From assembly GCA_964645535.1 (NCBI GenBank), contig CAZYCQ010000028.1:1-19585 (forward strand): DNA of 19,585 nt, read 5' to 3'. The notes under the pieces are model-generated. The model was not told the origin of the DNA, did not search any database, and was given only the letters and a program-made list of their open reading frames with translations. Within the stretch, counting starts at the first letter, position 1. Each line of letters starts with the position of its first letter. Source of the stretch: an uncultured archaeon (GTDB lineage Archaea; Asgardarchaeota; Heimdallarchaeia; Heimdallarchaeales; Kariarchaeaceae). Shown in pieces: positions 1 through 9,183 of the stretch. The position numbers and the translations under genes were made by a program.

Positions 1-174
1 AAACTCGAATTTCTGAATTTGGTTGATACAAAGATTGAAAAGTTACCTGAGTGGTTGGAAGAACTTCCTTTGCTGAAGATCAGAACAAACTCAAAATTGA
101 GGTCACAAATAGACGTTCCCAAAAACCTTAAGGATCGAATTATATATTGGACACCCTTCAAGTTCCGATTTTAG
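1..174 (+). CDS. Leucine-rich repeat protein, C-terminal end (5'-truncated by the window)
   Basis: Frame 1 reads KLEFLNLVDTKIEKLPEWLEELPLLKIR...FKFRF-TAG, which fits an LxxLxLxxxxIxxLPxxLxxL LRR unit. It is absent from the ORF track because it has no start codon in the window. Confidence 0.7.
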   Translation, partial: KLEFLNLVDTKIEKLPEWLEELPLLKIRTNSKLRSQIDVPKNLKDRIIYWTPFKFRF

Positions 175-2937
175 GATCCATAATCAACGTCCTCGAGCAT
201 CTCGATTTTTTCAGGCAGTTCACGTATCCTGAATGTTGCATCAATGAAGTAGTTGAGGAGATATTCAGGGAGGGGTTGGTCAAGTCTCCATTGAACAGAT
301 ATTGGTTTTTCCCCTGAATGGGCGATAAGGGTGACAGATCCGATATAGAAGTAGTTGTATTTGACAAGCTTGTCATTTTTCTTTAGTCGTACAAAGAGTA
401 ATTTTTTGTAGTTTTTGTATTCTGGGTCTTCGCAGATGATTTTTCCGTTTTCACTTTTGCGGGTTGTGCTGTTTTGTGATTCCCATTGGAACGTAGTGTG
501 ATCGATGAAGTGATCCCTATACATGGTGTCTTTGTAATCTTCACCCTTGTCCAAGGTTACGAACATGAGAAGTTTCTTTTGGCTTCTGATGTTGATGAGT
601 CCGGACTGGCCAGTTATGGTATTGATCTCTTTTTGTGTTGCTCCAAGCTGGCGGAATATTTTGGCGACGTCTTTTCGGGTGGAGAGGTGGAGAAATCTGA
701 ATTCATTTTTGGGTGTTTCATTTAGCAGGATGTCTGTTCTTTTCTTGATTTCGTCATGGAGTAAGTTCCAATTGATTGTTTCGTTTTTGATGATGGTTCC
801 GTCTTTGAATTTCAGTAGGCGATTTTTCAGGGTTCCCTTCAATACTTTGCAGATGGTCTGAATGTCCTCCCTGTGATGGGGGGTTTCGAGTTGTTCTTCA
901 TCGATCCAGAGGGGTTCATCGAGGAGGATTTCCGTGAGAAGTTGGATTTGGAGGGAGGTGAGATTGGTATGTTCAAGTTCTTTTAGGAGGCGGAGTTCTG
1001 TGGGATTGAGGAGTTCTTCTTCAGGAGTCAAGTCTCCGACAGCCTTGTAGAAGTCCAGAATTGAGGTAAAGGCGGTTATGAGGGTTCTGTAGGGGACAAA
1101 TTCCAAGATCTGTTCAATTTTGAGCCGTTCGGTTCCGGATTTGCGTTGGATATACTCATTGATGATCTGTTGTCGGATTGGGTTCACTGCCTTGAGTCGT
1201 TCCAGCATGTCTTCGATGAGTCTGAGGTCAAAATTGATTTTGCACCCTTTTGGAGGTCTGAATTTTGGATTGAGTGAGGGATCCAAAGTTGTTTTTTTGA
1301 TATCCTGCAAGATGAGGTTGATGTATTCCGAACCAAGATGAGAGTAGAAACCACCTAGAAGAAGTGAGGGAATAACGTAGGAGTTCTTGTAGTTGCCGAT
1401 GATATCGATGACAGTGGTTTTTTCTTGTTGGGGGCTGTTCGGAGGCCTCTTCCCAGTTGCTGAAGAAAGATGACCATTGATTGGGTAGGTCGAAGGAACA
1501 TAATGGATCGGATGTCAGGGACGTCGATTCCTTCATTGAATACATCAACGGCGAAAATGATCTCGATTTGGGAGTTTACCATCTTGGCCTTTGCCAATCC
1601 GGGATCGAAACCTTTGGAATGGACGGCAATTGCTGGAATGTCGTTACTGTTGAAGAAGTCGGTCATGTAGTCTGCATGTTCAATAGATACACAGAACGCA
1701 ATTGCAGGTTTTTGGCCGAGTTTACGATACTGTTCGAGAACTGCGGAGGCCCATTCCTCACGTGCCAAGACAGAGGTCAATTCCGTTGTATCGTACCCTT
1801 TATTTCTTTTCTAGGTGATTTGAGTATAGTCGATGATATCATCTTTGATGCCATGATATTCAAATGGAACCAGCCAATTGTTTTCGATGGCTTCAGGAAG
1901 GGTACAGATGTATGGGACATTTCTGTCGCAAAGTTCGAGGATGTCCTTGTTGTCCATCCTGTAGGGGGTTGCTGTCAGGCCTAGGAGGAATTGAGGTTCA
2001 AAGTGCCGTATCACTTTTTCGTAACTGCTAGCTTTTGAATGATGGAATTCATCGATAATAATGTAGTCAAAGAAGTCCTTTTCAAATCTTTCAAGGACAT
2101 TTTGTCTGGACATCTTCTGAACAGATGCAAAAAGGCAGTTTGCAAGATCCTTGGTGTACCATCCATCGGAGAATAGCAATTGGTTTCCGAATCCCCGGAC
2201 TTCTTCGAACACGTTTCGTGCCTGTCGTAGGATCTCCGTTCTATGGGCAAGGAAGAGCACCTTTTGATACTTTGCGGAATCGAAGGCAGCCAAATGGGTT
2301 TTACCCAAGCCGGTTGGCATTACCACTAGGGCCTTATCCTCACCTCGGTTTCGAAGTGCTTCAAGTTGCATAAGGGCATCTTTCTGCGCAGGTCTGGGAA
2401 TCAATTCCCTTTTTGCCTTTTGTTGCCTTTCTCTATAGAAAGCGGTAGATCTTCGGTAACGTAATCTGTACTCGTTAATCCATTCATCTTCGGGAACTTT
2501 TGCCTCCTTCCAGAGTTCAAGAAATCTATTTTCAAAATCATGGGTTTCCTCTTGGGCTTCAGTCCAAACGGAATTCCATTCGATGTTTCTTTGGAGTCCT
2601 GTTGTTGTTAGGTTAGATGAACCCGCGATTACAATGGATTTGTCATTGTTCATCTTGAAGTAGTATACCTTTGCATGAAGTGGTTTATCCTCAATTATTC
2701 GGAGATTGTACTTTGTTTTGAGGTATGCAATTGCATCTGGATCGGAGAAATCCAGAAGGTTCCGGTTATTATTCTAACGTCCGTTTCGTCATGTGTCCAA
2801 TCCTTGACAGTTTGTGCTCCATCCATCGTTACGAATGCGGAAATTATCCATACCTTTTGTGGGCGAGTATCCTTCAATGTTTCGTCAAGGAATTCCAAAA
2901 AGTGGTGGGTGACAAGCCTGTAAATTCCGATCCCCAC
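171..2937 (-). pseudogene. SauUSI-like PLD nuclease-SF2 helicase-DUF3427 protein (putative modification-dependent restriction enzyme), disrupted
   Basis: Four ORF pieces join into about 920 aa: PLD motif LHAKVY..GSSNLT, Walker A MPTGLGKT, DEFHH, TATP, QQLGRGLR, and a DUF3427-like C-terminus (FVTLDK..YRDHF..FQWESQN). Lesions are a 1-nt frameshift near 2756, an in-frame TAG at 1811-1813 and a 1-nt frameshift at the A6 run 1418-1423. Confidence 0.85.
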
Positions 2938-3002
2938 AGCCAGGAGAAATTTTCCTTTAATATTTTTTCGGCAATTGGGGGGACATAGTTGATTGTTTGA
3001 TG

Positions 3003-4211
3003 TTAATGTTTGGTTATTTGGTTTCTGCCGACGAGTCGTTCGATTCTCTTGAAATATTTTCGTTCATCGTTTGAGCAGAGTGAGATGGCGATCCCTTCCT
3101 TTCCGGCTCTTGCAGTTCTTCCAATTCGGTGGAGGTAGGTTTCTGCCTCTTCAGGGAGGTCGTAATTGATAACGTGTGAAATATCATCCACGTCAAGGCC
3201 TCTTGCGGCAACGTCTGTTGCGACGAGGATTTGGGTTTTTGAGTGCTTGAAATTGAGGAGTGTTTTCTGCCTTGCGTTCTGGGACTTGTTTCCATGCATA
3301 GCTTCAGCTGAAAAGAAGGCTTTTCTCAATTTACGGACGATTTTGTCAGCCCCGTGTTTGGTTCGGGAGAACACGATTGCTTTCTTCATCTGAGGGTTTT
3401 TGAGCAATTTCTTGAGAGTGTCCCATTTGAGTGATTTTTCGACGAAGTAGATGTTCTGGGATATCTTGTCCAAGGGAACAGATTCCTTTGTTCCTTCAAT
3501 GGTAACGAAATCTTTCCTGAAGAATTGACGAACAAGGTTTTCAATTTGTGGAGGCATGGTGGCCGAAAACATGAGCGATTGTCTTTGTGGAGGAAGAAGT
3601 CTGAAGATTCGTTTGATATCCGGGAGGAAACCCATGTCAAGCATTCTGTCAGCTTCATCAAGTACGAGGGTATCCACCTTGTCAAGGGAGATATGGCCTT
3701 GGTTGATGAGATCCAGCAGTCTTCCGGGTGTGGCAATGAGTACGGCCACATTGTTTTTTCGGAGTGCCTTGACTTGGGGAAATTGATTGACACCTCCATA
3801 GATGGTGATATGTTTGAGATTGGTGTATCGTGCGAGTTTGTGGAAGGTGTCACCGATCTGGATTGCTAGTTCCCTGGTTGGTGCAACGATGAGAGTTTTG
3901 ATGGGTGTCCTTTTGGGGGTTTCCCTTTCCATCAGGTTGTTGATGATCGGGAGGAGAAAGGCAGCGGTTTTTCCGGATCCGGTCTTGGCAGTTCCGAGCA
4001 CGTCCTTCTTGATGAGGATGTGTGGAATTGATTTTTCCTGAATATCTGTTGGCAGACTGAAACCCATTTTTTTGATTGCTATATTCACACTTTCATGAAA
4101 TTGGAAGTTTTGGAATGAAGTTCGAGTATCAGTTTTGTTTTTTGGGTGGGCTATGGGCTTGTTAGGAGATATGTTCTCATAATATGCCCCCGCGGGGCGA
4201 ATTGTATTCAA
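3003..4211 (-). CDS. DEAD-box ATP-dependent RNA helicase (RhlE-like core)
   Basis: Q motif GFSLPTDIQ, AKTGSGKT, PTRELA, TPGRL, DEAD, SAT, ARGLD and HRIGRTAR. TTG start. Confidence 0.95.
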   Translation of the reverse strand: MNTIRPAGAYYENISPNKPIAHPKNKTDTRTSFQNFQFHESVNIAIKKMGFSLPTDIQEKSIPHILIKKDVLGTAKTGSGKTAAFLLPIINNLMERETPKRTPIKTLIVAPTRELAIQIGDTFHKLARYTNLKHITIYGGVNQFPQVKALRKNNVAVLIATPGRLLDLINQGHISLDKVDTLVLDEADRMLDMGFLPDIKRIFRLLPPQRQSLMFSATMPPQIENLVRQFFRKDFVTIEGTKESVPLDKISQNIYFVEKSLKWDTLKKLLKNPQMKKAIVFSRTKHGADKIVRKLRKAFFSAEAMHGNKSQNARQKTLLNFKHSKTQILVATDVAARGLDVDDISHVINYDLPEEAETYLHRIGRTARAGKEGIAISLCSNDERKYFKRIERLVGRNQITKH

Positions 4212-4311
4212 CTAACCTTCAGGTTATTCCAAGAGATAAATAGTCTTTGGTGTATTCCGGGATTCGGAATTGATATGGTGGAGGGTTTTCAAGTACTGTT
4301 GTTTGATTTTA

Positions 4312-4827
4312 TCAATCAAGGAATGGATATTTTTCCACAATCGGATCCCATTGCGGGAGTTTTGGTCCAATGTTCTTGGCATTTGCGAAGAGGAGGAGGA
4401 ATGCACCATATACGAGGTGGTCATCGAAGATGGGGTTGTGGGATTCATCGATTGCTGCCCACGGGGCAACTGCGATCCACATGAGGAACATGAGTAGGGC
4501 ACCGCCGTACCCTGCAATTTTTCTTCCAATGCCTAGGAGGAGTGAAATACCAATACCATAAAGGGCGAGCATGAACAGCCAATCTACAAGCACATTTCCG
4601 GCCATTGCTTCGAACATCCCCTTAAGTGGGCTGTTGGCCGTTCCGAATTTGAGGAACCCGAATGTTGGTGATCCGTCGCCGAATCCAAATAGCCATTTGT
4701 CTTCGGGAGCAGTTGTGTATCTGAGTCCGAAGGTTTTGTCAAGAGCTGCCCACAGGAAAATTCCCGCGAGCATAATCCTCGTCACGAGGAAGAATATGGG
4801 TTCGAGTTTGTTATTGTTTTCGCTCAA
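4312..4827 (-). CDS. DoxX family membrane protein (DoxD/thiosulfate:quinone oxidoreductase large-subunit-like)
   Basis: R-x-x-L-x-G-I-F-L-W-A-x-L-D-K in TM1, four hydrophobic segments and HNPIFDDHLVY. The start is moved to TTG 4827 because GGAGG lies at 4840-4836. Confidence 0.8.
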   Translation of the reverse strand: MSENNNKLEPIFFLVTRIMLAGIFLWAALDKTFGLRYTTAPEDKWLFGFGDGSPTFGFLKFGTANSPLKGMFEAMAGNVLVDWLFMLALYGIGISLLLGIGRKIAGYGGALLMFLMWIAVAPWAAIDESHNPIFDDHLVYGAFLLLFANAKNIGPKLPQWDPIVEKYPFLD

Positions 4828-4840
4828 TGATTGAGCCTCC

Positions 4841-4861
4841 TGGAGGTTTTCTTCACCTCCA
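4841..4861 (-). promoter_or_regulatory. 7-bp stem-loop in the DoxX 5' UTR, directly upstream of the SD sequence
   Basis: Minus strand reads TGGAGGT-GAAGAAA-ACCTCCA followed by GGAGG. A TATA-like TTTTAATA lies at 4891-4884. Confidence 0.5.
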
Positions 4862-5025
4862 TATAGAAATAGGCAATCATGCATATTAAAAGATCGCACC
4901 AAGTGTTGAAATTTTGCTATATATTTTATTGTTTGTTTGTCATTATTCCGATATTAGGTATAGTAATCCACATATTTTCATAACAAATTCTGAAGTTTTG
5001 TGAGGAATTAGTGCACACCAGTAGT

Positions 5026-5053
5026 GCGGGAATTTTGTTTAAATTTGGCGGTA
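5026..5053. promoter_or_regulatory. Pair of E2F-like sites in the DoxX/ATPase E divergent promoter region
   Basis: GCGGGAATT at 5026-5034 and AAATTTGGCGGTA at 5041-5053. The second is the exact reverse complement of 9686-9698. Confidence 0.4.
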
Positions 5054-5101
5054 TCGTTCACAACTATTAAAAGATGGAGCATTGTTCTAGGGTCAAGGAA
5101 T

Positions 5102-5752
5102 ATGACGGACAGCGATTCAACCACACATAATGTTACAGAGGGACTTGCCCTGATCAAGAAGAGCATTGAAGAAGAAGCCAAGTCCAAAGCTGCCATAGTG
5201 ATCAAGGAAGCTAAAGCAGAAGCAGAAGCAATCTTGAAAAATGCCAAGGAGGAGGCTGAGAAACTCAAGTCTTCCTTACTCAAGGAGCAAGAGGCCATGG
5301 CCAAACAGATTCTGCAGAAAGAGATTTCCAAGAAACGACTCCAAGGGAAGATGGAGGTTCTGGAGACTCGTGAACAGGTGATTGAAAGTCTGATGACAGA
5401 TCTGCGCACGGAATTGCAGAAGTACACCAAAGACAAGAAATATGCAGAAACATTGGAAAGCTTCTTCATGGAAGGTGCCCTTGCCATTGGAGGAGGAGAT
5501 TTGGTACTTCAATTGAGGGATGAGGATAAACCCCTTTTTCCGAAGGAAAAGTTGGCAGAACTTGCAAAGAAGATAGAAAAGGAAACAGGTACACCAACGA
5601 CAATAGAATTGGCAGATCGTTCCTTGAAGACCATGGGTGGGTTGAAAGTTTCCGCAAAAGATGGCAGCGTCTGGGTGGACAATACTTTTGAATCAAGGAT
5701 TGAACGTCAGTACGACGACTTGCGCATCGCGATTATGCGGGCTTTGGCTTAA
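5102..5752 (+). CDS. atpE: A/V-type ATP synthase subunit E
   Basis: N-terminal EA-rich coiled coil (IEEEAKSKAAIVIKEAKAEAEAIL) and C-terminal GGLKV..DG.VWVDNTFESRI. ATG 5102 is preferred over the ORF-track GTG 5024. Confidence 0.9.
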   Translation: MTDSDSTTHNVTEGLALIKKSIEEEAKSKAAIVIKEAKAEAEAILKNAKEEAEKLKSSLLKEQEAMAKQILQKEISKKRLQGKMEVLETREQVIESLMTDLRTELQKYTKDKKYAETLESFFMEGALAIGGGDLVLQLRDEDKPLFPKEKLAELAKKIEKETGTPTTIELADRSLKTMGGLKVSAKDGSVWVDNTFESRIERQYDDLRIAIMRALA

Positions 5753-5762
5753 GGTGGGTCTT

Positions 5763-6293
5763 ATGCGGCGATTGGCTGGTTTTTTCTTGGTTGCCTTCCT
5801 ATTCTTTGGACTTGCGTCAGCTAATGGCGAGACATATATCGGCTTTGGAGGGTACGTTGAAAGCCAGTCCGTTCTGAAGGGGTCGAAGGTCTGGTTTGGA
5901 GGATCCTTCTTCAACAATAACACAGAAGGGAATGTAAAGGTACATTCCATGAACGTTTCTTTCGTCATTGGTCGTGGGGCGCAGAAGCTGTTGTTGAATG
6001 CCTCGGAAACCATCCCCGAGGACAGGCAGGAAGTCAATGTCAATGAGACCTTTACATATGCAATGCTTGTCAAAGTCGATTTTGATCCCGGCATCTACAA
6101 TGTTTCAATATTTTTTGAGGTATCAGGAGGAAGCGAGGCGATCCGTGACAATATTTACTCCCTTTCCAATGCCACTTTTGTCATAAGAGGTGAATCAAAT
6201 CCAGAAGCAGTTACTCGAGGGATTTTGATCTTCTTGGGTGGAATTACCGGAGCAATTGTCCTCATCCTTTTGTACAATAGGTTTAGGTCTTAG
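5763..6293 (+). CDS. Type I membrane glycoprotein, translocon-associated protein alpha (TRAP-alpha/SSR1)-like
   Basis: Signal peptide (MRRLAGFF..ASA), a beta-rich domain with 6 N-x-S/T sequons and a C-terminal TM helix. The pattern V.F...F.N.....V.S...SF ... N.T..I resembles the TRAP-alpha lumenal domain. The TRAP assignment is by eye. Confidence 0.55.
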   Translation: MRRLAGFFLVAFLFFGLASANGETYIGFGGYVESQSVLKGSKVWFGGSFFNNNTEGNVKVHSMNVSFVIGRGAQKLLLNASETIPEDRQEVNVNETFTYAMLVKVDFDPGIYNVSIFFEVSGGSEAIRDNIYSLSNATFVIRGESNPEAVTRGILIFLGGITGAIVLILLYNRFRS

Positions 6294-6336
6294 GCAGGAA
6301 CTTACTCTTTTTAACCGGTGCAGAAATATTTTAGAT

Positions 6337-6687
6337 ATGGTTTCAAAGGCCGAGATATTTGAACTTGAAAGTGTAGAAGAGTTAATTCGACTGGTTGTGG
6401 CAAATTCCCAGCATCGAGGAGGCCATATTTATGTTGGTAATCGAGATGGAGAATGGTATTATTTCGTCAACCACTTGGTTCCCAATTGGTTTGAATTAAG
6501 AGGATTGCCAGTGACGATCTTTGCTCGAAGCAAAAAGGAACCATCGGGTCCATTTATAGCCTACGAATATGTTAATCTAGGGGGAAGCGGGGAGACATGG
6601 AAATTTGTATCTTCAGTAGGCGAAAATCCCCAAATTGCCTATGTACCGATCGTTCGGGTAAAGGAAATTCCGGAATTTATTTTGTAG
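6337..6687 (+). CDS. Archaeal-type hypothetical protein (116 aa)
   Basis: Fills the gap between genes and has a globular composition (ELESVEELIRLV ... YVPIVRVKEIP). ATG 6337 is the likely start. Confidence 0.7.
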   Translation: MVSKAEIFELESVEELIRLVVANSQHRGGHIYVGNRDGEWYYFVNHLVPNWFELRGLPVTIFARSKKEPSGPFIAYEYVNLGGSGETWKFVSSVGENPQIAYVPIVRVKEIPEFIL

Positions 6688-7875
6688 TCACACCATATGT
6701 CGTTTAAGGAACCGATCCATTCTAGTTAGACCTTCTTCCAGAATATCAGGGGTTGAGAGATAAACCATTCTGAAATGGTCAGGGACTCCAAAACCAGACC
6801 CATGGACCATAAGAACCTTTTCTTCCTTAAGTAGGTTGATGATGACGTCTTGGTCGGAGGAGAAGTTGAGCATGTCAAGATGCAATTTTGGAAAAATGTA
6901 GAAGGCCGCTTTGGGAATCTGGGTGGTGATTGTCTCCATCTCATTGAATCTTCGAACCACAAGATCTCTGCGTTCTCGAACTTTTCTAATTAGTTCAGGG
7001 AGGTGGGGGGGATTGAGATCAAGACCCATTACGGAGGCATAGGAGATGGGAGTGTTTGGGGAGAGTCGTGTTCTGCACAGTTTTCTTACCCCTTCATAAG
7101 GTTCTTCAATTCTACCTTCTGGATCGATGGCATACATATATGCAGCCCTCCAGCCGGGTGCAAGGTAATTTTTGGAAAATCCATTGAATACCACCACCGG
7201 AACATCTTTGGAGATGGTCGACATCGAGGTAAAGGGATCACCATCAAGCAACATCCTGTCGTAGATTTCATCTGCCACAATTGCAGCGTCGTATTCTCCG
7301 ACAATGTCCTTCAGTTTCCTTAAGGTTGCTTCAGGATAGACTGCACCAGTGGGATTGTTGGGATTGATGACGACCACAAGTTTTGTGGTGTTGTCGATTT
7401 TTGAACGGATATCATCAAGGTCAGGAGCCCAACCCAGCTCTTCAGAACAACGGTAGGCTTCGAGTTTTGCTTGAGATACCGTTGCAATGCTTTGATATGC
7501 GGGATAGGTGGGGGCGGGAACGAGAACCTTATCACCAGGATTCAGGAAGGCAAGAAACAGATAGAGAATTCCTTCACTGACACCCTGAGTGAAAATCACA
7601 TCATCAGGATGTACACCATTGGAGTATTTGGCATTTTCATATTCAGCAATTTTAGTTCTGACGAATTCGTCACCTTCTGATTGGGAGTAGTATCCCCGGT
7701 TGAGGTTGTCCCTGAGAGCATTCTGCATAGTCTGTGGGACATTGAAGTCGAACTTGTTTGGGTCACCTATATTGAAGAAGAGAATTTCATGACCTTCTTT
7801 TTGCATTTGATTAGCGACCTGCTGGACATCCCTTATTGCATATTTCATGGAGCCAACTCTATTGGATATCTGCAT
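6688..7875 (-). CDS. alaA: Class I/II PLP aminotransferase, alanine aminotransferase (AlaA-type)
   Basis: YAIRDV, NIGDP..FDF, INPNNPTG, DEIYD and GFSKNYLAPGWR (PLP lysine). ATG 7875 is the likely start. Confidence 0.85.
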   Translation of the reverse strand: MQISNRVGSMKYAIRDVQQVANQMQKEGHEILFFNIGDPNKFDFNVPQTMQNALRDNLNRGYYSQSEGDEFVRTKIAEYENAKYSNGVHPDDVIFTQGVSEGILYLFLAFLNPGDKVLVPAPTYPAYQSIATVSQAKLEAYRCSEELGWAPDLDDIRSKIDNTTKLVVVINPNNPTGAVYPEATLRKLKDIVGEYDAAIVADEIYDRMLLDGDPFTSMSTISKDVPVVVFNGFSKNYLAPGWRAAYMYAIDPEGRIEEPYEGVRKLCRTRLSPNTPISYASVMGLDLNPPHLPELIRKVRERRDLVVRRFNEMETITTQIPKAAFYIFPKLHLDMLNFSSDQDVIINLLKEEKVLMVHGSGFGVPDHFRMVYLSTPDILEEGLTRMDRFLKRHMV

Positions 7876-8054
7876 CAATCCGTTGTGGCCTTGGTTGTTC
7901 AAAAACCATACGTCAATGGCTACAGGATTTTGCCAAGGATTAGAGACAGCCCGCGTAATTGATGTCTAGATTTTAAAACCATGGATCATAAATTGAATTA
8001 ATCCTGCAGTAAAGGTGACAAAAGTCGACCTGAACTACCATAAGGAGATGATGT

Positions 8055-8228
8055 ATTATTAAAGGTGAAAAGAAAGTAAGGTCTGTCGGCAAGGGCACTC
8101 GTTCTTGTCGCAGGTGCGGAACACACCGTGGCATAATCAGAAGGGCCGACCTTTTGATATGCAGACGATGCTTCAGGGAAGTTGCCGGTCAACTGGGCTT
8201 CCAAACAACAGGAGACAGAGGTGGTTGA
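8055..8228 (+). CDS. rps14: 30S ribosomal protein uS14 (zinc-finger type), apparent ATT start
   Basis: Manual translation gives [60 protein letters not shown], with two CxxC pairs, in the canonical position before rps8. It is absent from the ORF track. The start is 8055 or 8058. Confidence 0.93.
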   Translation: MIKGEKKVRSVGKGTRSCRRCGTHRGIIRRADLLICRRCFREVAGQLGFQTTGDRGG

Positions 8229-8231
8229 TGC

Positions 8232-8621
8232 ATGCAGTTCGATCCATTGGCAGATGCATTATCCAAGATTGACACTTACGATCGGGCCGGAAAGAAGGAG
8301 GTTTTCATCAGACCGACAAGCAACCTGATCCAAGACGTGCTCGCCACCCTTCAGAAGGCCGGTTATATTGGAGAATTTGAGCGTGTTGAAGACGCACAGG
8401 GAGGACAATTCCGTGTGCAGCTTCTTGGACGTATCAACAAATGTGCGGTGATCAAACCAAGACAACCGACAAAGGTCACAGAAATCGATGAATTCGAGAA
8501 AAGGTTTCTTCCAGCAGTTAACTTTGGGATCCTTGTTCTGACAACCCCATTGGGCGTAATGACACAAAGGGAAGCCATTGAGAACCATGTCGGTGGAAGA
8601 TTGCTGGCGTATGTCTATTAG
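8232..8621 (+). CDS. rps8: 30S ribosomal protein uS8
   Basis: DPLADALSKI, GYIGEFE, LLGRINKC.VIKPR and GGRLLAYVY. SD GAGGTG upstream. Confidence 0.97.
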   Translation: MQFDPLADALSKIDTYDRAGKKEVFIRPTSNLIQDVLATLQKAGYIGEFERVEDAQGGQFRVQLLGRINKCAVIKPRQPTKVTEIDEFEKRFLPAVNFGILVLTTPLGVMTQREAIENHVGGRLLAYVY

Positions 8622-8630
8622 GTGATTGAA

Positions 8631-9182
8631 ATGTTCGGTAGATTGCAGAAAACCGTAACCATCCCTGAAGATGTGGATTTCAAGCTTGAGGGGTCAGTAA
8701 TCACGGTCAAAGGCCCATTGGGTGAATTGACACGTGATTTTTCCTTTAGTGGATTAATCTTTGAAAGGAAAGGAGATGAATTGGTCATTTCAGTCCTTTT
8801 CCCTAAACGAAAGGAGAAAGCCCTCCTTGGTGCCGTTGAATCCCACGTGAAGAACATGATCCATGGGGTCACAAAAGGCTATAAATACAGTATGAAAATT
8901 GTTTTCTCCCACTTTCCAATCAAGGTGATTCCAGAAGGTTCGCAGGTTAAAATCGAAAACCTGTATGGAGGTCGGAAGCCCCGATATGCAAAAGTGCTTC
9001 CTGGAGTTAAGGTTGAAGTGGACGGAGAAAACGTCTATGTCAGCGGCATTGACAAGGAAAAAGTTGGTCAGACATGTGCCAACATTCAAGAGCTGACTAG
9101 GCTTCGTGGCAAACGCCGTAAGTCACCAAAAACTTTCATGGACGGTATTTTTACATTTGATAGAAGTGGAACCATGCAATAA
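8631..9182 (+). CDS. rpl6: 50S ribosomal protein uL6
   Basis: VKGPLGELTRDF, NMIHGVTKGY, HFPI, GIDKEKVGQTCANI and FMDGIF. SD GGTGA lies 5 nt before ATG 8631. Confidence 0.97.
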   Translation: MFGRLQKTVTIPEDVDFKLEGSVITVKGPLGELTRDFSFSGLIFERKGDELVISVLFPKRKEKALLGAVESHVKNMIHGVTKGYKYSMKIVFSHFPIKVIPEGSQVKIENLYGGRKPRYAKVLPGVKVEVDGENVYVSGIDKEKVGQTCANIQELTRLRGKRRKSPKTFMDGIFTFDRSGTMQ

Positions 9183-9183
9183 T

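Noticed and set aside
1415-1426. Programmed -1 frameshift at the A6 run
   Set aside because: The in-frame heptamer is G-AAA-AAA rather than a canonical X-XXY-YYZ, I saw no clear downstream structure, and other lesions already break the gene.
1811-1813. In-frame TAG as pyrrolysine or recoded stop
   Set aside because: TAG ends intact genes here (rps8, R15P isomerase), the same gene has two frameshifts, and TGG to TAG is the simpler explanation.
4757-4768. E2F-like words inside CDSs (also TTTCCCGC near 17264)
   Set aside because: They are explained by codons (AGIF; MREI) and are treated as background, and as a caveat for the regulon hypothesis.
7998-8204. 68-aa minus-strand ORF, or an ncRNA in this apparent gap
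   Set aside because: The region is explained by rps14 on the plus strand.
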